The notes under the pieces were generated by a model. That model did not search any database. It worked only from the letters and a program-made list of their open reading frames with translations, and had not been told where the DNA came from. A stretch of DNA of 64,000 nucleotides from Thecamonas trahens ATCC 50062 (taxonomy: Eukaryota > Protista > Apusomonadida). Below are positions 21,798-33,902 of the stretch, piece after piece. The translations under genes were made by a program, and so were the position numbers. Positions within the stretch are counted from its first letter, which is position 1. Every line of letters begins with the position of its first letter. The stretch covers positions 248,001 to 312,000 of the forward strand of contig NW_013657677.1 of assembly GCF_000142905.1 (NCBI RefSeq), in the 5' to 3' direction.

Positions 21798-24700
21798 ATG
21801 AAGTTTGGCTACCAGTTCCAAAACCTCTGCGGCTCTGTCTACCGCTCGGGCGATGTGGTGTTCACCCCGGATGGCAACACCGTCCTATCGCCTGTGGGCA
21901 ACAGAGTGACCCGCTTTGACCTGCTGACGTACGTCCTCATCCCCCCCTCCCTCATCCCCCCCTCCCTCCCCTCCGACAGAAGGTGTTGCTGGCGATCAGG
22001 ATGGTGTCACTGCTCGCCATCCACGGCCGGACGAGGGTCCATGGAGTGTGCATGAGGCGGAGACGGCAGGAGTAGCAGCCACAGATGCGGCAATTAGATG
22101 TGGAGAGTGGTCATGGAGTGGAGAATGTAGTGAGAGGAAAGTAGTTGACTTATGTGTGATGTGGAGGGTAGGAACACCTCGTCGACGCTCGCCTTTGAGG
22201 CTCGGTCGGACATCTCCAAGATGGCCGTCTCCGCCGATGGAGTGCTACTGATGGTGGTGGATGTGGAGGGCTACGGCTCGCTGATCAACCTCAAACGTGG
22301 CGCTGTTCTGCATCGTATCAACTTTAAGGGCATTGTCAACGCCATGGCCTTCTCGCCGCTGCGGGGCTACCTGGCGGTGGCTGTCGGCTCCAAGGTTGTG
22401 CTGTGGTACCTGCCGCTGGCGGCGGCGACGACCAAGACCTTTGCGCCCATGATCAAGCTCAAGGAGCTCGCCGGCCACGTCGACGACGTGCTCTGCCTCT
22501 CGTTCTCGGGCAACGGTCGGTTCATGGTCACCGGGTCGGCTGACCTCACCGCGCGGGTCCACGCCCTCTTCCCGCCGCGCGGCAAGTCGTTCCGCTCGAT
22601 CACCCTCGCCGGCCACCGCGACGTGGTTGTGGCTGCCTTTTTCGACGCCGCCTCGTCAATCGTATACACTGTCGCCCGCGACGCTGCCGTTCTCACCTGG
22701 GAGTGGATCCCGCCCGAGGTGCTCGAGGAGTACTCGTACTCGGACGGCGAGTACTCGGACGTCGAGGCTGCGCCCGAGCTCGCGCCCGAGCTGGCAGCGA
22801 TGCAGATCGAGGGCGCCAGCGAGAATGCTGCTGGTGCGAGCGGCGCCGGCAACGACGACGACGTCGACGAGGACGCCGATCAGGCGTTCTTTGGTTCGGG
22901 ATGGGTGAACAAGGACAAGTTTGAGGCAATGTCCGGCTCGAGCGGCGGCACGGAGCTTGCCGAGAATGCGCAGGAGAAGGAAGAGGAGGAGGAGCGCGAA
23001 GAGCTTCTGGGCGGGACGTGGAAGCGGGTAGCCAAGCACCTGTTCAAGCAGGACTTTGCCACGGTGAGCTCGGCGACGATGCACGCGGCGTCGTCGCTGC
23101 TTGTGGTCGGCTTTTCGTCGGGCGTGTTTGGACTGTACCAAATGCCGTCGGTGACGGCCATCCACACGCTCTCAGTCTCGTCGACGCGTATCTCGTCCGT
23201 CACGGTCAACGCGTCGGGCGAGTGGCTGGCCTTTGGCTCTGCGGCACTCGGCCAGCTGGTGGTGTGGGAGTGGCAGTCGGAGACGTTTGTGCTGAAGCAG
23301 CAGGGCCACGCCGGAACGCTCAACTGCGTCTCCTACTCGCCCGACGGCTTGTACATGGCTACTGGCTCGGACGATGCCAAGGTCAAGGTCTGGTCGACGA
23401 CGACCGGCTTTTGCTTTGTCACCTTTGACCAGCACACTGGGCCGATCTCGGACGTGGTCTTCCACCCAAGGGCAACGCACTGTTCTCGGCCTCGACCGAC
23501 GGCACCATCCGCGCCTTTGACATGACCCGCTACCGCTGCTTCCGCACCTACGCCACGCCGACGCCTGCGCAGCTAACGTGCATGGCCATCGATCCGGTCG
23601 CCGACGTTGTTGTGGCCGGCTCGCTAGACGAGTTTGTCATCTACGTGTGGGATGTCAAGACCGCCCGGCTGCTCGAGATGCTTTCGGGCCACACGGCGCC
23701 GGTCTCGACGCTCCACTTTTCGCCGGTCTCCAACATGCTGGTCTCAGGCTCGTGGGACGGCTCGCTCAAGGTGTGGGACGTGTTCAACTCGCTCGGCCGC
23801 GCCGGCGGCGGCTCGATCGAGACCTTTGAGGCGTCGACGTCCAAGGCTGCGGTGACGTGCGTTGCCTGGGCGCCCAACGACAAGCTCATTGCCGCCGGCG
23901 CCATGAACGGCACCATCGTGCTGTGGGACCCGCGTGAGGGCAAGACTGTCGGCATCATTCACGCCCGCAACGACATTACCGGCGGACGGACGGCCGGAAG
24001 CGCCACCACTGCGCTCAACAACCCCGCCGGCAAGTTCTTCACCTCGCTCGCCTTTACCGCCGACTCGACCTGCCTGCTGGCTGGCGGCGAGTCCAAGTAC
24101 GTCTGCATCTACGAGGTCTCGCAGCAGCTGCTCATCAAGCGGTTCCAGCTCTCGCACAACCGCTCGCTTGACGGTGTGCTCGATGAGCTCAACTCCAAGT
24201 ACGTGGGCCAGGACGGGTGGGACGTCGAGGAGAGCCACCAGGACGACAAGGACCACCTTCGCGCCCTCCGCCGCAAGGCCATGCCCGGCTCGCTCAAGGC
24301 TGTGCGCGACACGTACAAGTTTGTCGTGGCCTGCTCGGACATCTCGTTCTCGCCAACTGGACGATCGTGGGCGGCGGCGACGCCTGAGGGTCTACTGGTA
24401 TACTCGCTCGACAACTCGGTACTCTTTGACCCAATCGACCTCGACGTCGACATCACTCCCGACGCCGCCCGCGAGGCGCTCGACGAGCGCGACTTCACCA
24501 CCGCCCTGCTCATCGCGCTGCGGCTCAACGAGGACGAGCTGACGAGCGAGGTGTACCAGGCCGTCCCGCTTGACACCGTCGGCCTCCTCGTCTCGGACGT
24601 GCCTGAGGTTTACCTCGACCGCCTCGTGGCGTTTGTGGCCCGGCAACTGACGGCCAGCCCGCACGTCCACTTCCACTTGGTCTGGATCCAGGCTCTCTTC

Positions 24701-24928
24701 CGCGAGCACTCGCGCGCCATCCGCCGCCTCGCCGCCACCCTCGGCGGCCCCCTCACCCATCTGCAAAAGGCGCTCGCCTCGCGCGCCGACCTCGTCACCG
24801 GCGCCGCAAAGGCTAACAAGCACAAGCTGGCATATTTTACCCATGTCCACGCTGCACGCGCCAAGGCTGCCACAGCCGCCGCCGCTTCGTCGTCGTCGTC
24901 GTCGCCTGCTGCCATGGCCACCGAGTAA
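21798..24928 (+). CDS. PWP2: Periodic tryptophan protein 2 (UTP1, SSU processome WD40 protein); intron 21929-22171; -1 frame break at C-run 23465-23467
   Basis: MKFGYQFQNLCGSVYRSG..FTPDGNTVLSPVGNRV; LGQLVVWEWQSETFVLKQQGH; GFCFVTFDQHT; RAFDMTRYRCFRT; FSPTGRSWAAATPEGLLVYS; FDPIDLDVDITP. Phase-2 intron GTACGT...TAG. Confidence 0.95.
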
Positions 24929-24954
24929 AGGCTCTTGCCAGAGCAGACCGCTAC

Positions 24955-25548
24955 TCAGACGCTTGATGTCTCCTCGGCGCCGGCCGTCGTGTACCCCTTG
25001 CGCCGTGCCCGGATGGTGGCCGAGTGGTACTCGGGCTCGGGCTCGGCCTCAAACTGCGAGAGCTGATCGGGAGTGAACATCGGCTCCCGGATAGTGTGCC
25101 CGGCGACCGACGCACGAATGACGCCCGATGAATAGCCCTTGACGAGCGAAGCCTCCTCGGCCGCAAGCTCGGCCGCCAGCCGCGCCTCGTCCTCGGGGGA
25201 GATGCCCCGCAGCTGGCGGGCGTGGTACTCCACCGAGGCCGAGGTCAGCCCTGAGCCCATGTCGCGGATGGGGAGCATCGCTGGCGATGCAGGCGCGTAC
25301 GACGCTGCATTCACTTCGGCAAGCACCTGCGGATCAACGTCATCCAGCACCAGGTGCGGATGGATGACCGTCACCCCCTGCGGTCCCGATACAATCGTGC
25401 CCGTCCGATACGGCTCCTGCTGCCTCGCCGCCTGCGCTTCGCCATCGGCACCCGGTTGCGAGCGCCCGCCTGTCGTCCGCCGCGGTGGCGGAGTCTCTCC
25501 CAACGCCGCCAAATCCGCCAGTCGCTGCCGCTCTGCCCGAGTAGCCAT
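24955..25548 (-). CDS. Hypothetical protein (about 197 aa); possible 5' intron 25798-25557
   Basis: MATRAERQRLADL... ORF with host codon bias. Upstream GTGAGT donor-like and TTAG acceptor-like sites flank a low-complexity tract. Confidence 0.6.
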   Translation of the reverse strand: MATRAERQRLADLAALGETPPPRRTTGGRSQPGADGEAQAARQQEPYRTGTIVSGPQGVTVIHPHLVLDDVDPQVLAEVNAASYAPASPAMLPIRDMGSGLTSASVEYHARQLRGISPEDEARLAAELAAEEASLVKGYSSGVIRASVAGHTIREPMFTPDQLSQFEAEPEPEYHSATIRARRKGYTTAGAEETSSV

Positions 25549-25936
25549 GACGAATGCTAATAGAGTGGAGAGTGAGGATTGAGAGTGATGCGGAGGGGAG
25601 GGGGGAGGGAGGGGAGAGAGGGGCAGAGGGGAGGTGACCGTTAGCGATGAACCGAACGAACGAACAATTTGATACAACGAAAGGATGATTGATGGGACGG
25701 ACGATTGATGGAACGATGGGACGGACCAAACAAACGATGAAACCGTTGAATGATGGAACGATTGATGGACTCGGGGCCAACCCGTCCCCACCACTCACCC
25801 CTCCCACCCCCCCCCCCATCCCCGCCTCCCACCCCAACCACGCGCAGGCAACACAGAACTCGAGTCTTCTTCTCCCCACTCTTGACCTCGCCGCTTGCAC
25901 GTCTTGCAGTGCCAGCAGACAGACAGAGGAGGCGAG

Positions 25937-27591
25937 ATGACAACACGGGCGTTCCCGCTGGTGCTGGACCTCGGCGAGCGGTCGGGCACACGGCGGACGG
26001 CTGACCTCGAGGAGGAGACATGGGAGGCACTGACGGCGCTTCGCACGACTGGCGTGCGACGGAAGCCGGTTGCCTTGTCGGTTGTGCCGTCGCCGCCGAA
26101 GCGGACGAGGAAGATGTCGGCCCGGGACAGATCGGTGTCGTATGGAGCCCATGTCGATGCCGTGCGACGGAGACGTCGCAGATCGCTGGTGGCCGCAGAG
26201 CGAGTGCTTGTGGTGGCGGGGGAGGACGGCGGCGATGCTGCTGAGCAGACGCAGCAGAACAGCGGTCGGAGAAAGCCCGTTCCGCCGATGCTTGGCAAAG
26301 GCGCTGATGGTCCGGGATGGCTGGGCACGTCGTTTGCGGCCTTCGACTCGTCGACGTTCCGCACATGGCAGGGCAGTCGGCAGAAGCGGCGGAAGTCGCA
26401 GCTGTCGAGCGAAGGACGGCGCAAGGTGGCGGACGCGGTCGAGGCACGGGATCGTGGTCTGGCCGCGCTCAAAAAGCTGCGAGAAGAGGTGGAGGAGCGA
26501 CAAGCGCTTCAGGAGGCCACGGTCCGAGGGACTGAGACGCTGGTATACTCGCTGCGATCGTCGGTCAAGCCCGACTTTCCGCCGCATGTGCTCGAGCGCG
26601 TCGACCGGGGTCAGCAGCATGTTCTATACTTTGATCCAGCCCACGACGGGCCGGTTCGGTCGTTTTGCGATCAAACGCGTCTGTCCGGGAGTGGTACGGC
26701 CAGCGATGCAAGGACGTGGCACGCGAGGTGGCGAACAAGCATAGGCAGACCCGCAGTGCGCGGCATGCCCAGCGACGATTGAGGGAAGCCATGCGCAAGG
26801 CGAGCGAGGAGCGTCGGTCTGCCTACGAGCGGGAAGTCGAGCACCGAGTGGCCATGCGATCTGCGTCGCGGCGTGCGCTGCATCCTCTGGGGAACGCCGA
26901 CGACGACGTTAAGGAGCAGAGCTTTGGTGGCAAGCACTTGTATGTGGCCATGCCGCCCGATAAGGCACTCGGCTCGGCGAAAAGTTCTCTTAGGCTCCGG
27001 CGTGAGCGGGTGATGCGGTCTGAGTACTCGGGTCATGTAGCGCTAGTCGAGCTCCCGCTGGAGACTCGGCTCGGCAGCGGGTCGCAGGTCACCGACGTGC
27101 CGCCGACACCGGCGCTAGACAAGCTCGAGTCGTCTGTTGTCGAGGAGATGGCACACCTGACAAGCGAACTGGTTCTGACCAACGAGGGCAGTGGGCTGGT
27201 TCGAATCACCAAGCTCGGTCGGCAGGCGCACCGACGCGCGGCGCGGGAGATCGAGGAGGCCAAGCAGCGGCGGCGCGAGCTCGACGCACTCGTGCCCGAG
27301 TCCTCGGTCCTTCCGGCCAACTTCAAAGCAACATACGGCATGCAGTCGTACTCGTACGGCGACATCGGAATGGAGGCCAATGCCGACGGTGTCTTCTCGG
27401 TCGTCGCCTACCGCAAGTCGGACTTGCCGTATGGCATGCCACTCCCGACTGGATATCGCGACCGGCTCCGCCAGTATGCGTCGCACGCGGCCGACATCGA
27501 GGTGCGTAATCTGGACGACGAGTATGCAGCGTCTGCGCTGGCGGCGGCCAGGCAACTTACTGCCAAGCCCGAGCCGAGCTTGGTGGAGTGA
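25937..27591 (+). CDS. Hypothetical basic/coiled-coil protein; -1 frame break at T-run 26663-26666
   Basis: ORFs 25895..26782 and 26665..27591 join as GPVRSF/LRSNASVREWY if one T is added. Confidence 0.65.
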
Positions 27592-27629
27592 TGTGGCTGG
27601 CTCTGCCGTGGTTGCTGCCGTACTGGCGT

Positions 27630-29078
27630 TTACTTGGACTTGGACTTCTTGACGTCAAACCCGCCGTGAATCTCGGTGATGGAGGACTCGTCGATGGCGT
27701 AGGCGAACGAGTCGTCGGACCGGCGGAGGCGGAGGAGGGTAAAGCCGACAGCGCCGGCGTTGCGAAGCTTGGCGCTCTTGCCCGCAAAGGTCGACGAAGC
27801 CGGAAGAAATTCGTTGAAGAAGGCGCGGAACCAGAGCGAGTGACCGCCGACAATGATGTTTGTCTTCCGCTGGTCAAAGGCCCAGTCGCAAAAGCCAACA
27901 AGCCGGTCGAGGCCGCACGAGCGGACCGGCTTGTTGCCATTGTGGAGCGAAGCGTCGATCTGGTCGGCAAAGACAGCGCCGAGGTCAAGGCTCGGGTGGC
28001 TAGCGTCGACCCACGACGGGACAGGCGTGGTGCCCGGCGGGGTGAGCGAGAGCGTGTCGATGTTGCGCGAGATCTCCTGCAGCGCCGGCAGCATGACCAT
28101 CTTCTCGCCGGTGACTCGGAGGCGCTCCTGGAGCGCGATGGCGTTGGTCGAGATGGCGCGGCGGAGGTTGGAGACCGCGTGGACCGCCGGAGTGCCGCCG
28201 CCCTTGAGCATGGTCACAAACTTGGACTGCTTGGCGGTGTAGTCCTGCAGCGGGATGGCCGATGCCAGGAACGCCGCCAGCTCTTCGGCCTGTCCCGTTC
28301 CGTGTGCCGAGAGCGGGGAGTCGTAGAACCACGAGTCGCACCGGCCTGAGACAAAGAGCCACGACTCGTATGCCCACGCCTTGATCAGCCGCGGGATAAA
28401 GTAGATCGGGTTCTTCGACCGGTTGAACGTGTCGTTCCACGTCGACTCACCATGCCGCACAAACACAATGTCGCGGAACGGGACATAACCGGCCTCTGCC
28501 GGTGGCACCGCAGGCGTCGCGTACGGCTTCCACTTCTTGTCGGTAGAGAACAGCAGGTGCATCATGCCCTGCGCGTACAGCCTGTGTTGCTCGATGATAG
28601 TGAGTGAGGGGGGGAGAGAGGAGAGGGGGGGGGATGGCATCGACTACCCACTTACCGCATCTTGTACAGCACCGACGGAAAGTGGATGATGAGGCAGATG
28701 AGCAGAGCGGCGGCAATGATGACAGCGTAGCCGAGGGCGAGGCTCAGCAGCGAGTCGGTGTCGAGGCGAGCATCCTCCCACGGCACATCCAGGACGTTTG
28801 CAAGCTTCCCCGGCAGCTGGTCCACATCACCGTTGACAACTTGAGCCATCCCGTTTGCCAGGCGGCTCTTTGCGGCAGGGAGAGCCTCCCACAGCTCGGC
28901 AAGGGTGCCAGCTACGGTCTCGCCCGTAGCCAGCACACCGCCACAGGCCACGCCGAGCACAGCCTTGCCCTGCTCCGCCCAATTGTTAACCGTCTGCATC
29001 CTTCCTCCGTCCAGCTGTGTGTCGAGAAAAGAGAGTGAGTGAGATGGGTACCCTTTCACACTCCTTCACCTTGCCCAT
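27630..29078 (-). CDS. Membrane-anchored histidine phosphatase (phosphoglycerate mutase-like); intron 28655-28582 and probable intron 29069-29015 (alternative start ATG 28999)
   Basis: VFVRHGESTWN (RHG motif), DSPLSAHGTGQA, VSNLRRAIST, LQEISRN, VGGHSLWF. N-terminal TM LALGYAVIIAAALLICLII. The GTAAGT...CAG intron restores the frame. Confidence 0.85.
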
Positions 29079-29299
29079 ACGGGTGAGAGGCGCGGCGAGA
29101 CGGCGAGTTGGCGGCGAGGCGGCGAGACGGCGAGCTGGGGGCGAGTCGGCGACACAGCGAGTCGGCGGCCGAGGCTGGCGACGCGGGTTGGGCGCCGACA
29201 GCGACAGCGACAGGCAACGGTCTCCTCCGCTACAACCGCTCCCCACTCCCCGTCCTCCTCCTCCTCCCTCCCTCCCTCCCTCCCTTCCTAGACACCCTC

Positions 29300-31384
29300 A
29301 TGACGCCCACCAATCCCAAGCAAAAGCCCGTGCCGGCACCTGTGGCCGACGCAGGCGGCATGCTCGCGGCCTCGCTCCGCATGCTCATCTCGCTGGTCTT
29401 CAACGCGCAGCTTCTTCCGCTGCTGGCCTTTCTCACCACGGGCGCTCTCTCGCTGCTGCTGCATCTGTTCTTTGCCCATGTTGTGCCTGCGGTTGCCGGT
29501 GCTTCGCTCGCCGCCCTTGTCGCCGCCCTTGTCCTCCTCGCCTCCGCCGTTGTCCTCGCCGCTCTCGTCCTCCGATCATTTGCCTACCTCGCCACTGACC
29601 CGTTCTCGTCTCGCGAGCATGAGATTGTCCTGCGCAAGGTTCTCCGGCTCGGCGTCGGGAACGTGACTACTCTCGCGGTGGCCATGCTTGCCATCTCAGC
29701 CGGGATCTGTCTTCACATCGCTCCTGACGCCGGCGCGCCGGCTGCCTCGCACGGCCCTCTGGATCTGCTGCTGGTGCTGGCGGGCCCAGTCGTTGTCTGC
29801 GCATGTGTCCAGGTGGTGGCCGCAGTTGTCGGTGCGCTCTGGGTTGATCTCTGGGCCATGCTCTCGGTCCATCGTAAGACCGCATCGCCGGCGCTGGCTG
29901 ACGCCTGGACAAGGCTCCTCCTCGCCGCCAAGGTTGCCGGCCTTGCCGCTGCTGCGGCGCTCTCCCTTCGCGGCATCCCTGGCATTCCGCCACATACATC
30001 GCCGGGCGAGATTGCTATCGTTCTAATCTTTGGCCAGGTTCTCTGCTTTGCTGGCCTCTGGGTTGCGCTCGAGCTGGCCAGCCTTGTCCGACTTGTGTGG
30101 CGTCTGGCCGGGTCGGCCTCGTTCTGGGTTGGAGCAGCCAGTGTGATGGGTGGCGCTCTCGCCGCAGGTCACGTGCTCGGTGGTGCGTATGCCGCCTGCC
30201 TCACCATCATCCCCACCGCCGCCCTGCTCGAGTTTGTCTACCTTCGGCGCGTGGTGGGGCGGACCCAAGTTCGGCCGTCGTCGGCCGTTCGCACCGTCAC
30301 CATGCTCATCCGGTCGGTGGTTGGCACGGTCCTGGTCATTGCTCTCTCACTCCTGGTCTACACTGCATATCAGGGCTGGACATCGCCAGTCATCGACGAC
30401 GTCTTTACCGTCGACAACACTGTGGCTGGCGTCAGACTCACCCACGAGGGCTACGGTCACCCGCAGTCGGTGACAACGCTTGGCTGGAGCGAATCAACAC
30501 CGGCCTGGCGGCGCTCAGCCGACTCGCACTCGATCTGCTCGCTCGCTTGGCGAGGCCTCAACCTATTCGACATCGGCTTCCTCGCGCAGCTGGCGTACGT
30601 CAACGGCGGGACGCCATACTGGGAAGCTATGACTGCCGCGTTCTTTGATGGCACCAAGGGCAACGGCGGCGACAACGACTGGATCGTGACGCCGCCGGTC
30701 ACGGCAACTGGTGCCGCAGGCGTTGCCCTCTTTGCCGAGTTCTACTCGCCTACTCGCAACATATCGGTTGTTGCCATTCGTGGGACGAACCCGTCGAATC
30801 TGTGGGATGTCGTTCAGGACCTCGCCATCTGGTATCCGGCGGCGCTGCTTCAGACCGCCGTCGCGTTGCCGACCACGCTATCGCTCTGGCCGACCGACGT
30901 CCTTGCATCTGTTGTCGGCGTCCTCGGTTCGCTCGAGTCATGGCTCGATCCGGAGCGTGACGCGCGCTTCTACCACGCCCCGATCCTCGCACACCTTCAC
31001 GCTCGCGCCGCCGAGCTCCCGCCCTCGACCACCTTTGTGGTTACCGGCCACTCACTCGGCGGCGGCCTCGCCAAAATCGTCGGCGCGCTCGGCAACGTCA
31101 CCGCCGTCGCGCTCTCTGGTCCGGGCCTTTCTCTCACCCGCCACCGATTCGGCCTCAGCCTCGACGCGCTGCAGGACACCAGCATCACAGTCATGCCAAC
31201 CGGCGACCTGGTTCCGCGCTTCGACATCCAGGCCGGTCTTATCTACCAGCTCACCTGCCCGCACACCTCGCCGCTCCTCTGCCACGACCCCATGGTCTCC
31301 ATGTGCCACATCTTTGCCCGCTGCGGCTCATCGGCCTGGCCTGCGCTTGCCTCGTGCAACTTTGCGCCCTGGACTGTAGAGTAG
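29300..31384 (+). CDS. Multi-pass membrane protein with C-terminal class-3 lipase domain
   Basis: About ten hydrophobic helices, then VVAIRGT, VTGHSLGGGLA (nucleophile elbow), GDLVPRFD and CHDP (putative Ser-Asp-His triad). Confidence 0.85.
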   Translation: MTPTNPKQKPVPAPVADAGGMLAASLRMLISLVFNAQLLPLLAFLTTGALSLLLHLFFAHVVPAVAGASLAALVAALVLLASAVVLAALVLRSFAYLATDPFSSREHEIVLRKVLRLGVGNVTTLAVAMLAISAGICLHIAPDAGAPAASHGPLDLLLVLAGPVVVCACVQVVAAVVGALWVDLWAMLSVHRKTASPALADAWTRLLLAAKVAGLAAAAALSLRGIPGIPPHTSPGEIAIVLIFGQVLCFAGLWVALELASLVRLVWRLAGSASFWVGAASVMGGALAAGHVLGGAYAACLTIIPTAALLEFVYLRRVVGRTQVRPSSAVRTVTMLIRSVVGTVLVIALSLLVYTAYQGWTSPVIDDVFTVDNTVAGVRLTHEGYGHPQSVTTLGWSESTPAWRRSADSHSICSLAWRGLNLFDIGFLAQLAYVNGGTPYWEAMTAAFFDGTKGNGGDNDWIVTPPVTATGAAGVALFAEFYSPTRNISVVAIRGTNPSNLWDVVQDLAIWYPAALLQTAVALPTTLSLWPTDVLASVVGVLGSLESWLDPERDARFYHAPILAHLHARAAELPPSTTFVVTGHSLGGGLAKIVGALGNVTAVALSGPGLSLTRHRFGLSLDALQDTSITVMPTGDLVPRFDIQAGLIYQLTCPHTSPLLCHDPMVSMCHIFARCGSSAWPALASCNFAPWTVE

Positions 31385-31843
31385 CCGGCAGCCGATTTGA
31401 CCCTCTTCAGGCTGCGCAGCAGGCGGATAAGCGCTTGATCTAGACCTTTTCTACCTACACCCACGTGCGTGAGTTGTGACCATCGTGAAGGCCATGCACA
31501 ATGCGGCGCAGCTGTCCTCGTTCGTGTTCCTGGCTGCAGGATGAGCGGGCAATGCGGGTTGCGGTGAAAAACAACCACGGAAGAAAAAAATTGCCAAGGT
31601 TTGTGGTTGGACAACGTTATCGTCAGCGCGGAAGGAAGAACGAGCGTTTTAGGTTTATGCTGGCGAAGCGGGCCAGGTGCAGCGGGAAGAGGGAGGCCCG
31701 GGGGGGAGGCGGGGGGGGAGGGGGGGGGGGCACCGAGGGAGAAAGGGGTACACGGCACTCTCACTCAAAGTCGCCGGTGGGCAATACCAAGGTAGAGCGT
31801 CGTGTAGGAAACAAGTAGACGACGTACAGTGTGTGTGTGGCCC

Positions 31844-33877
31844 ATGTCTACCGCCTCGTCGCTGCACTCGTTCCTCGCTGGTCGGTCGGGCAAGGGCGGC
31901 AGACGTTCGGTGGGAAGCGACTCGCCGTCGACGCCGACCAACTCGCCGCCGACCTCGTTTAAGCCACAGACCACCAATGTCTTTCCCGGAACGGGTGGCA
32001 CTGCCTCCCATGACTACCAGAGTGGATTGCCTGTGCCCATGGAGAGCCTGGCCCCACTCCCGCTCCCGCTCCCGCTCCCGCTCGCTGCAAACCCGCAGCC
32101 GTACGTCTTTGACCCGTCCCGCAAGGTCACCCTGAGCAACACGCTCGGAAGGGCAAGTCTGGCGAGCTGTGAGGCGTCACCTGCCGAACGCGCCATGGGC
32201 GGTGCCATCTCCCGCTTCAAGCAGAGGGCCCTGCCGTCGCAAGTCGCAGACGGCCTCGCGGGCCCGCCAGGTCAGACCCGCGACGAGAGCAAGGTTCGCT
32301 CGTCGGGCGTCCGCTCCGCCGGCATCAAGCCTAAGCCCAAGACAAAGAAGAAGAAGCGGACAAGGTTGACACCGTCGCAGATGGCAGTCATGGAGCGAAT
32401 CTTTTGGAAGAACCAGTACCCGAGCTCCTCCATCTCGCTCGGCCTCTCCGAGACGCTCAAACTCCCGCACCACTCGATCCAGATCTGGTTCCAGAACAGG
32501 CGCGCAAAGTACCGCAAGCAGATCAAGTCTCGCACAAAAGAGCGCTCAAGCAACCCCGAGCTTTGCCCGCTCCCGGACCTCAACCCGCCCAAGGCCGCTC
32601 GCAAAAAGGACTCGGTCGGGCCGATGGACCAGGAAGGTCTCGCCCGCATCCTTGCCTCCGAGCCAAACAACGGCGCAGACCTAACCGGCGCCTTTCCCAA
32701 GACCTTTGAGACTGACCCGGCCTTTGAGGGCCAGCCGGTCCAGCCTGACTTTGACCTCGCTGCGCGCCTCATTGCTGACGCCCGTGCCTCGTCTATCCCC
32801 GACTCAGACGACGACGAAGACGACGCCAACCACAAGCAGTCTTCGCCTGTCGGCGTTCGGGCCATGGACGACTCGCATCCGCAGTCGCTTCCCCAGTCGC
32901 AGCCTCGCGTTCCTCGCCCGGCCAACCTTCCGCCTCCTTTTACCAACGACAATGGTTCGTTCTCGTCTTCCGAAGGCTCGCTCACCCTCAGCGACGCCGC
33001 TCTCGCCTCTGCGCTCTCTATGGGCCTCGCCGGCATGCATCTAGGGCCGTCGGGCACGCTTCATGACCCGGTCATTATGCAAGACATGCCGTCGGGCATG
33101 GAGGTGCCGCCGGCTAGCAGTCTTCGCGAAGCCGACTCGCTCGAATCGCTGCCGCAAGCCTCGGTCTCCTACAATGGCGGGCCGGCAGCAGGCAGCGGAC
33201 CAGCCGAGCCACTCAATCCGTTTGAGCAACGAGTCCGCGCCAACTTGCAGTCGTCGCTGGCCGGCACTCACGAGTCGATTGCACAACGCGCAGCGCAGCT
33301 GGAGCACGTCCGTGAGCTAGCCGCTGCCGCCGTCACCTCGCAAGGCCAGCAGCAGCCGATGGACTGGCTTGGGCCGATGCGTACCTCTGGCTCGGCACCG
33401 TACTCCTCGCCGGCCCTGGGCTCGTCCGAGGCCACCTGGCCCATTCCCACTGCGAACTCCAACTCGCTCCGCAGTGCCGCCATGGCAGGTGCCTCTGCCG
33501 CGCGGTCTGCCTCTCACCAAGGCCCGCTCCGCATACCGCCATCTGCTCCCTCGCCGGCGCTCACCCCGTCTGGGCTCTCGACTGAGTTTCCGCCAGACTC
33601 TTCGTTTCCGTTTGGGCCTATTGAGCCACCCACCTCGGTCTTTAACGGCAGTAGCCTCACCGGCCTTGGCACCTTTGGCATGGACGTCGCTGGTCAGGGT
33701 CTTAGTTCGGGCCTCAGCTCGGGCTCCCTCGACGCCATGTCGGTCCCGCAGCAGCCGACGGGCGGTCTGCCGTCGTACAGCTCGCTCTCGCATGGCGGCG
33801 GCTCGTCGCACTCGCTTTCACACTTTGCCAACCCGTACGATCTACTCGGTGATCCTTCATTTTCGTTCAACGTATGA
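31844..33877 (+). CDS. Homeodomain transcription factor (non-TALE, Q50)
   Basis: KKKRTRLTPSQMAVMERIFWKNQYP...LKLPHHSIQIWFQNRRAKYRK at about 32347-32520. The rest is S/P/G-rich and disordered. Confidence 0.9.
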   Translation: MSTASSLHSFLAGRSGKGGRRSVGSDSPSTPTNSPPTSFKPQTTNVFPGTGGTASHDYQSGLPVPMESLAPLPLPLPLPLAANPQPYVFDPSRKVTLSNTLGRASLASCEASPAERAMGGAISRFKQRALPSQVADGLAGPPGQTRDESKVRSSGVRSAGIKPKPKTKKKKRTRLTPSQMAVMERIFWKNQYPSSSISLGLSETLKLPHHSIQIWFQNRRAKYRKQIKSRTKERSSNPELCPLPDLNPPKAARKKDSVGPMDQEGLARILASEPNNGADLTGAFPKTFETDPAFEGQPVQPDFDLAARLIADARASSIPDSDDDEDDANHKQSSPVGVRAMDDSHPQSLPQSQPRVPRPANLPPPFTNDNGSFSSSEGSLTLSDAALASALSMGLAGMHLGPSGTLHDPVIMQDMPSGMEVPPASSLREADSLESLPQASVSYNGGPAAGSGPAEPLNPFEQRVRANLQSSLAGTHESIAQRAAQLEHVRELAAAAVTSQGQQQPMDWLGPMRTSGSAPYSSPALGSSEATWPIPTANSNSLRSAAMAGASAARSASHQGPLRIPPSAPSPALTPSGLSTEFPPDSSFPFGPIEPPTSVFNGSSLTGLGTFGMDVAGQGLSSGLSSGSLDAMSVPQQPTGGLPSYSSLSHGGGSSHSLSHFANPYDLLGDPSFSFNV

Positions 33878-33902
33878 GCCCCGGCCTCGTACCTAATTGC
33901 TC

